DNA from: a virus
Lineage: Duplodnaviria; Caudoviricetes
Strand: one strand, 5' to 3'
DNA: 64,000 nt
Virus record (IMG/VR): IMGVR_UViG_3300028048_000042
Numbering within the stretch: the stretch's first letter is position 1; every line of letters begins with the position of its first letter. The notes under the pieces were generated by a model. It saw only the letters and a list, made by a program, of their open reading frames with translations, was not told where the DNA came from and made no database searches. Shown one piece after another: positions 57,491-64,000 of the stretch. Made by a program: the position numbers and the translations under genes.

Positions 57491-58711
57491 ATGATATTAG
57501 CAGAAAGGCATATTTATAAACCAACACATAGATATTATGCTGAATTGGATAAACTTTGTTTTCTCAGTAAAAATCTTTACAATGCAACGTTATATGACAT
57601 TAGACAATATTTTTTTTATACAGGAGAATATAAAAATTACAATAAGGTTAACAAAGAATTTGCACATAATAATCAAATTGATTATAGAATGTTACCCTCA
57701 AAAGTTTCTCAGCAAATACAGAAATTGGCAGATAAAAATTTTAAATCCTTCTTTGCCTTACTGAGAAAGAAAAACCAAGGTAATTATAGCAAACGAATTT
57801 CAATTCCTAAATATCTTGACAAAGCAAATGGTAAAGAAATAGTTCCATATACAAAACAAGCAATTTCTTATAGTAATAACATTATAACTTTAAGCGGAAC
57901 AGATATAAAAATTAAAACAAAAATCTCCAAAGAAAATATTCAAGCTGTAAGAGTAGTTCCTTGTAATGGTCATATTAAAATTGAGGTTTTATACAATATA
58001 CAAGAATGTAATCTTAAACGAAAAGACAATAACATTGCAAGTATTGATTTGGGTTTAAATAATCTTATGACTATAACATTTACAAATAACAAACCGTTAA
58101 TTATAAATGGTAAACCAATTAAATCCATAAACCAATATTACAACAAGAAAAAGTCTTTTTATCAATCTTTGTTAGAAAAATGCAATAGCAAAAAGACAAG
58201 TAAACGATTACAAAGATTATCTTTAAAGAGATTTAATAAAATTGATGATTATTTACATAAATCGGTTTCTTATTTGATGAATCAATTAGTTTCTAATAAC
58301 ATCTCAACTTTAGTTGTAGGATATAATCAAAATTGGAAACAAGACATTAATATAGGAAAAATAAATAATCAAAATTTTACAAATATATCTCATTTAAAGT
58401 TGGTCAAAATGTTAGAGTATAAATGTCAGTTATATGGAATAAATTTTATTTTGCAAGAAGAAAGTTATACTTCCAAATCTTCTTTTGTTGATAGAGATAT
58501 TTTGCCTATCTATAAACCCAATGAAAATAAAAAACATTCTTTCTTGGGAAAAAGAGTAAAACGAGGATTATATCAAACAAAAGAAGGAAAGTTTCTTAAT
58601 GCGGACGTAAATGGTTCATATAACATTATGAGAAAAGTAGTTGGAAATGCTATATATGATATAGTTAATCCAATAGAGGTGTGTAGTACGCCACAAAAAT
58701 ATATTGTTTAA
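57491..58711 (+). CDS. tnpB: RNA-guided endonuclease TnpB
   Basis: SKNLYNA, SIDLGLNNL (RuvC I), QEESYTSK, NADVNGSYNI (RuvC III). Confidence 0.92.
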   Translation: MILAERHIYKPTHRYYAELDKLCFLSKNLYNATLYDIRQYFFYTGEYKNYNKVNKEFAHNNQIDYRMLPSKVSQQIQKLADKNFKSFFALLRKKNQGNYSKRISIPKYLDKANGKEIVPYTKQAISYSNNIITLSGTDIKIKTKISKENIQAVRVVPCNGHIKIEVLYNIQECNLKRKDNNIASIDLGLNNLMTITFTNNKPLIINGKPIKSINQYYNKKKSFYQSLLEKCNSKKTSKRLQRLSLKRFNKIDDYLHKSVSYLMNQLVSNNISTLVVGYNQNWKQDINIGKINNQNFTNISHLKLVKMLEYKCQLYGINFILQEESYTSKSSFVDRDILPIYKPNENKKHSFLGKRVKRGLYQTKEGKFLNADVNGSYNIMRKVVGNAIYDIVNPIEVCSTPQKYIV

Positions 58712-58803
58712 TATATTTTGAAAAATAATTATATGGCAATATATTTCTATATAATTATTAACTATTTGTATTTGTATTGTAGAATACGAGGTGGTGAATC
58801 TAA

Positions 58804-60687
58804 ATGAAACAGAATACAACATTAGTTCCTATTCCTCCAGCGTCAGACCCCAATAACCCTGCGAACAAAAACAGGTCGCTTAATGTTGAAGACCCAAACC
58901 GTTGGGATAACGAACGAAATACAAATGATGCGGATTTAGCAAAACAGACACATTCTCGCGATACAGGAGATTACGCAGGACAAGATAAAGGTCATACGGA
59001 AGAAGAATTAGTTAAACCACAAGAAGGTTCAACTGAAAATGGTAAAAGTGATAAAAATAAAAAAAGTGGTAAAACTACCGCAGGTGGAGATACTTTAGTT
59101 GCTACTTTGGGGCAGGCTGTTGTTGGTGCCGCTTTAGGTAAAGTTTTTGACAAATGGCTTGGCACAGGAAAAAAAAAGAAAACTGTGGGCAATAACGCTC
59201 AAATAAATGCAATGCCTTTATGTGGAACATTAGGCAGTGTTGAAAATACAAAAGAATATATGCAGACCACTGCAAGGTACAATAATTATTTGACTTGTAA
59301 TTTAGGCTTGGCACAAATGGCTTCAGACAGATATATGTCTTTGAAAGAGAGAATACCAATGTGTATTGAATATTATGCTACACCTGAGGAACGCAAGTCA
59401 ATTACAATGTATGTAAATCCTGAAAATATGTCAATTAGTACCGCAAAAGTAAAACAAAAGGTTTTTACTCGTGGTGGTATTTATTTCCATCATTATGGTG
59501 ATGATGTATGGACGTTAAAGATAAATGGTACAACAGGTTATTCGCAAATGAAAGGTATTGAAGCTCTTGAAGAAGTTTATTTCCATTCAGGAACTTTGTT
59601 AAAATATCAAAATGTATCTGTAACGACGGTACATACAAATCAAATGACTTTATATAAACCAACAGATATGCAAGATGCATTGGATAAATTAAAAAGTGCA
59701 GGTGGCGTAAGTGGTTGGCTTGGTAAAGTAATTAGTACAGCTACTGATGCATTGGGGTATACAGGCGATGGCTCTAAGTCATTGGGAACAAAAATTTTTG
59801 GTGCAAAAACGGCTTCAGGAAAAAGCAATGCTAATTTGTTTGATGCACTGAATAATTCGTGTATCGGATTGAGCAATCATATGATTGATGTTATTAACGG
59901 TGGTTCAGGAAATGGTTCAGGAAATGGTAGTGTGCTTAATTTAATGCAGGCCGCTTCTCTTGTAACAGGTAATCCTACTGCAATTAAAGAATATTTTAAT
60001 CAGACTGTTGGTAGTTTAAAACAAGGTTTTGGTGGGTTTACCGCCCAAGCTTTGTTGGGTGCATTCGCAGCAGACAGTTGTGCTACGATTAGTGGTAAAC
60101 AAGGACATAATATGGAAAATATGTTTAAACAAATGAATGGTGCAACAAAAAATGCTTTCGGTAGTGTTTTGAATATGCTGACAGGTAATTTTACAGGAGC
60201 AGCAACTTATGCATTGCCAATGACAGGTACAAGCGGTAATTTCTATACTTTGGGTAGAATGACGGCTAATGAATTAAATAATGTAGTTGGTTCAGTGCAA
60301 TCATTTAATAAAGAACATATGATAGATAAAGATAAAGCTAGAGAAAATTGGGCAGATATGGAAGACCAATTGACTGATTTGTATAGACCAAGACAGATTA
60401 TTATTTATTTTGATGATAGAGTTTATATTGGTCATTTTGATTCGTTTAATTATAATCGAAAAGCAGCCACACCATTAATTTATTATGATATGACATTTAC
60501 TGTCACGCGACAGATAAAAATAGATAAACAACCGCAAGATAGCGCAGGTTCTGCTAGTTTGGGTAGTCTGCTTGGTATGGCAGCCGCAGGTTCAATTGTT
60601 CGTGGTATTTCAAATTCGATAAAAAAAGGTAAAGGTGGAGGACTTGACCCTAGAGGAAATGAAAATACAAATGACCCTAGAGTATAA
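58804..60687 (+). CDS. Baseplate tube-initiator/hub-like protein with a large Gly/Ala-rich insertion
   Basis: ITMYVNPENMSI...TRGG.YFHHYGDD..TLKINGTTG and YIGHFDSFNY......YYDMTFTV tube-fold-like halves. Confidence 0.55.
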   Translation: MKQNTTLVPIPPASDPNNPANKNRSLNVEDPNRWDNERNTNDADLAKQTHSRDTGDYAGQDKGHTEEELVKPQEGSTENGKSDKNKKSGKTTAGGDTLVATLGQAVVGAALGKVFDKWLGTGKKKKTVGNNAQINAMPLCGTLGSVENTKEYMQTTARYNNYLTCNLGLAQMASDRYMSLKERIPMCIEYYATPEERKSITMYVNPENMSISTAKVKQKVFTRGGIYFHHYGDDVWTLKINGTTGYSQMKGIEALEEVYFHSGTLLKYQNVSVTTVHTNQMTLYKPTDMQDALDKLKSAGGVSGWLGKVISTATDALGYTGDGSKSLGTKIFGAKTASGKSNANLFDALNNSCIGLSNHMIDVINGGSGNGSGNGSVLNLMQAASLVTGNPTAIKEYFNQTVGSLKQGFGGFTAQALLGAFAADSCATISGKQGHNMENMFKQMNGATKNAFGSVLNMLTGNFTGAATYALPMTGTSGNFYTLGRMTANELNNVVGSVQSFNKEHMIDKDKARENWADMEDQLTDLYRPRQIIIYFDDRVYIGHFDSFNYNRKAATPLIYYDMTFTVTRQIKIDKQPQDSAGSASLGSLLGMAAAGSIVRGISNSIKKGKGGGLDPRGNENTNDPRV

Positions 60688-60706
60688 ATAAAGGAAGGAT
60701 AATTTC

Positions 60707-63700
60707 ATGGCTGAAGAAAAAGATGAAAAGAAGGAAAAAGAGGAACAAAAAAACCAAGAGATTAGTAAAAATCAGGCAGATGCAAAAGCTAAGACTAAAA
60801 ACGCAAAAGGGCTTTTACCTGAAGGTGTGGATGATGGTTCAAATCCTTTTGCTACAGGTGAAATAAACACAAGTGGCACTTATGGTATGAATGTTGGTCG
60901 TGACATTCTTAAAGGAGCTACTTTCAGGAAATATGAATTTCCTGAAAAACTCGAAGGTGTACAATTACAGTATGCTAATACAGAAAAACAGTTAAAAGTA
61001 GTTAACTTTAAACAGGATTATGTTGTTTTGATTCGTAAAAAATTGTTTTATGCGGCAAATTCACAAGGGCAGATTGGTAATGATGCTGCAACAATTGATG
61101 ATGGTAATTATATTCGCAGTTATAAATTAGATACTTTTACTTCTATTAGAACAAATATTTCTATTGCAGGTACAGCAGGAAATTGTCAGATTGAATTACA
61201 AGGCGCAGAAAGAGCTTATTGTTTTGAAGAAAGTAAAAAAACACCTCATGGTGCTCCTTTATTAAAAGGTATGATTAGTGACCAATGGCCTGACAATTAT
61301 GCTCAAATTGTTTATGACTCAAACAACTCTATGGGAGTGAGAGATTCAACTGATGAAAAGGATGACAAAAAAACAGATTCAATTTATGACAATCAAGATT
61401 TTGAAAGTAAGGGTAGAGGTACTGTTTGGAATCGTGATGATGCACAATCTGTGGAATATAATGGAAGAAAGGCAGAAATTCACACACGTTATCAAAAATA
61501 TGCTACAGAAGATGGATATTCTTATGGTGTAGTTGGTAAAGTACGTATTTATCAGAATAATATTGATGATAAATATGTTGAACAATTGAAAGTGGATGCT
61601 AAAAATCCTGATGAAAAAATATCTAAGCCTGCTAAACAAAAATTAGAATTGTTACACAGTGATGAAAACGGCAAGTGGTATTACGAGGGAACTTTGCCTG
61701 CTCGTTCTTCGGAAGAAAGTCAAGAAGAACCTGAACGTATTAGCGGTTGGAAAATTGTAGAAAAATGCGATTTTGAACCAATGGACGAGGTTTGGGTTTT
61801 TGGCAAATCTAATTTCGAACGTGATGAAACAGGCGATTTTGCCATGAAACAAATTTTCTTCGGTTATATTGATACAATCACAAAACAACATAGTGCAGGT
61901 AAAACCGCAGGTTGTACAGTAACAATTTCTGCAAGTGACCAATTAAAACTTTTGGATTTATCATATGTAACTATGAATCCGTCAATGACACCAGGTATTA
62001 GTATGGGTAATGGCGGTATTGATTTAAGATTTTCAGCGCAAGATAAAGCGCATTTTGGTACATTCGAAGTATTTAACCCATATGCTGTTGCACAAATGAT
62101 TGGAGCAAAGGGAACAGTTGAAGATGCTTCAGATGCGCAAAAGGAAGTAATTCGCAGTGCGTGGAGATATTTGTCTTTAAGCAATTGTTTCGCAGGTAAG
62201 CCTGTCTGTGAAATCATTAAGACCCTTTGCATTGATGCAGGTATACCAACATGGTATCTAAAAGATAGGATTGAACCAATCCGATTCCCTCCTTTTGTGT
62301 ATATGCTGAAACAAGCAAATTCAGGGACATTGTTTAACGCTGTGATGCAGAAACGTTTACAAATGTGTGCAACTGCGGCAAATAAATTGATGCTTGAATT
62401 CTTTGCAGATGAAGAGGGTAATATTGTTTTAAAAGTTCCAAACTATATTTTGGGTGCAAATACTTTAACTAAAAACAATATGGGTTTTTCACAATTGGAC
62501 GGTGGCGTTTTAAATTCAATAAATATTGATGATATAAAACCGTTCTATTCAGCAATTGGTATTGACCAAGCAAGAGAACAAGACAAAGAAAGAATTTCAA
62601 AAGATACAGATGAGTCTTCACAAGAAGCATTATCTCATGCAGGTGATGATTTAACGCCTGAAGCAAAGCAATATTATTATCAGCAAATGGCAGAACGAGT
62701 GGCGTTATTTAATGAAGGTAACTATACTATGGCGGCAAATATGCTGAATGGTGTGGTTGAAACAAATGAAGCCGCTCAATATATTTCTGATTTCCGAACT
62801 TTCAATCCGCAGTTAAATCCAACCTCGCAAGCGAGTGTAGATTATGAAATAAAATCGCCTGATACGTTTTGGACAATTGCTCAAAAATATTTAAATACAG
62901 GTGAAAGATATAATGAAATTTTGCTTGATGTTAGAGAACAAGTCCCTGGCATGGAAAATCTTGGAGCAAATGAATGCGAAAGGGTTTATGGAAAAACAAT
63001 AACAATTAATCTTAATCGAAGTTTTAATGAATTGGATAAAAACGGAAAAAGTGTTGTTCGTGAATCTTCACAAGCTATGTATGAAAAATTTCAAAATGGT
63101 ACATATAATATTTGGCAAAAAGGAGTAAGAAGAAAACCAAAAACTCAGCAAGATTACGAAAGAAATGTGCTAAACCGATACGACCAAAGTTTATCAGAAA
63201 TGACAGATGCATTGATTCCTGAAATTCCACAAGAATATGTGATTTCTTTTAACCTTACAGATTCTGATAAACAATTGTACAATATGTATGAAGTGAATAT
63301 TGAGGGCGATTTCGGTATTTTTGATAAAGGTGGTCTAATTAATAAAATTGCTCGTGTATTCCCTGATTTTAGTAGTATGCTACGTTTTGGTTGCAGACCT
63401 GCACCGCAAACTATTAGTTTCCCTTATATGGGTAATAGAGAAAATGCACATCTGTTGGGTTTTATGCTTACAGCTCAATCAGTAGCAAAACGTCATTCTG
63501 CTACATTAAGTATGATTGAAGATTCTTCAATTAAGGTTGGAAATCCAATTCGTATATTTACTTATGATGAACATCCTGATTTACCATTATATCCACAAGG
63601 AAATCATACAGTTGGTAATACTGCATATACTGCAACAGGTGCTAATGGTAATACTGCTACATTGGAACAAAATCAAATGGCACAAATTTATCAACAGCAA

Positions 63701-64000
63701 GCAGCTTATATTAAGCGAAATGGTATAGGAAAAACTTTAACAGGAAGAGGAAACAAGTTAACAACTGATGAATCTGATAAAACAAATGGTACAGCAAAAC
63801 CAAAAGATACAAAAAAATCTAAATATGTAAAAATTCCTTCGAATGGTACAGTTCTTGATGCTACAGCAGGTGTTCCAACGCCATCTAAATATGATGGCCC
63901 TAGTGCGGCAGTAATTGCGAGTCAGACAGATTCACAAAGTGTTTATTATGTAGAGCAAATTTCTCGTAGCATTGGTGCAGCAAAAGAAAGCACTATGACA
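60707..64000 (+). CDS. Large baseplate hub-like protein with an internal LysM-like domain (3' truncated; absent from the ORF track)
   Basis: ATG 60707 with AAGGAAGG RBS, MAEEKDEKKEKEEQ...; QIFFGYIDTI...VTISASDQLKLL; YEIKSPDTFWTIAQKYLNTGERYNEI at ~62843; no stop seen to the window end. Confidence 0.75.
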   Translation, partial: MAEEKDEKKEKEEQKNQEISKNQADAKAKTKNAKGLLPEGVDDGSNPFATGEINTSGTYGMNVGRDILKGATFRKYEFPEKLEGVQLQYANTEKQLKVVNFKQDYVVLIRKKLFYAANSQGQIGNDAATIDDGNYIRSYKLDTFTSIRTNISIAGTAGNCQIELQGAERAYCFEESKKTPHGAPLLKGMISDQWPDNYAQIVYDSNNSMGVRDSTDEKDDKKTDSIYDNQDFESKGRGTVWNRDDAQSVEYNGRKAEIHTRYQKYATEDGYSYGVVGKVRIYQNNIDDKYVEQLKVDAKNPDEKISKPAKQKLELLHSDENGKWYYEGTLPARSSEESQEEPERISGWKIVEKCDFEPMDEVWVFGKSNFERDETGDFAMKQIFFGYIDTITKQHSAGKTAGCTVTISASDQLKLLDLSYVTMNPSMTPGISMGNGGIDLRFSAQDKAHFGTFEVFNPYAVAQMIGAKGTVEDASDAQKEVIRSAWRYLSLSNCFAGKPVCEIIKTLCIDAGIPTWYLKDRIEPIRFPPFVYMLKQANSGTLFNAVMQKRLQMCATAANKLMLEFFADEEGNIVLKVPNYILGANTLTKNNMGFSQLDGGVLNSINIDDIKPFYSAIGIDQAREQDKERISKDTDESSQEALSHAGDDLTPEAKQYYYQQMAERVALFNEGNYTMAANMLNGVVETNEAAQYISDFRTFNPQLNPTSQASVDYEIKSPDTFWTIAQKYLNTGERYNEILLDVREQVPGMENLGANECERVYGKTITINLNRSFNELDKNGKSVVRESSQAMYEKFQNGTYNIWQKGVRRKPKTQQDYERNVLNRYDQSLSEMTDALIPEIPQEYVISFNLTDSDKQLYNMYEVNIEGDFGIFDKGGLINKIARVFPDFSSMLRFGCRPAPQTISFPYMGNRENAHLLGFMLTAQSVAKRHSATLSMIEDSSIKVGNPIRIFTYDEHPDLPLYPQGNHTVGNTAYTATGANGNTATLEQNQMAQIYQQQAAYIKRNGIGKTLTGRGNKLTTDESDKTNGTAKPKDTKKSKYVKIPSNGTVLDATAGVPTPSKYDGPSAAVIASQTDSQSVYYVEQISRSIGAAKESTMT

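Larger units (their letters stand above)
56790..58763 (+). mobile_element. IS607-family element (ends approximate)
   Basis: tnpA serine recombinase + tnpB pair, more AT-rich than the flanks, sitting in the tail gene cluster. Confidence 0.85.

Noticed and set aside
1-64000. Stop-codon reassignment, as in some gut jumbo phages
   Set aside because: Genes up to 6 kb are intact in code 11, and TAA, TGA and TAG all end genes at sensible junctions
1-64000. CRISPR arrays, tRNA or rRNA genes
   Set aside because: Intergenic gaps are short; no repeat-spacer periodicity or cloverleaf seen
30043-64000. Bacterial eCIS/tailocin locus rather than a phage
   Set aside because: Head/neck-type genes, Bro-N, an HNH homing endonuclease, ~2000-aa tape measures and no host housekeeping genes fit a large phage better, although capsid and terminase lie outside the window

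Overview
This AT-rich window is almost entirely + strand and densely coding. It reads as part of a large (probably jumbo) contractile-tailed phage of a low-GC Firmicutes-like host, judging by GGAGG/GAGGTG RBSs and a SigA-type promoter. No terminase, portal or major capsid gene is recognisable. From left to right: (1) a Bro-N-like gene. (2) A ~17 kb post-translational/glyco-modification locus (2.8-20.1 kb). It holds seven radical SAM enzymes (two SPASM-type and five others, four of them close paralogs), two minimal kinase-fold proteins, GT8, GT4 and GT2 glycosyltransferases, a NodU/CmcH carbamoyltransferase and an SGNH+CitC-like fusion. These surround a 453-aa virion-like protein whose C-terminus has 8 Cys in 28 residues. 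(3) Head-associated/decoration genes sharing a K-R-L-(I-K-R-V)-A-like motif, one with a probable -1 frameshift extension. (4) Neck, sheath and two tail-tube genes. (5) An inserted tandem-HNH + DNA methyltransferase cassette. (6) Two tail assembly chaperone paralogs and THREE paralogous ~2000-aa tape-measure-like proteins, each with a different cell-wall hydrolase module. (7) An IS607 (tnpA/tnpB) element. (8) Baseplate genes, the last running off the window. The best candidates for an undescribed system are the rSAM/glyco modification locus, which I infer acts on a Cys-tailed virion protein, and the triplicated tape measure. All family assignments come from motif recognition by eye, not from database searches.
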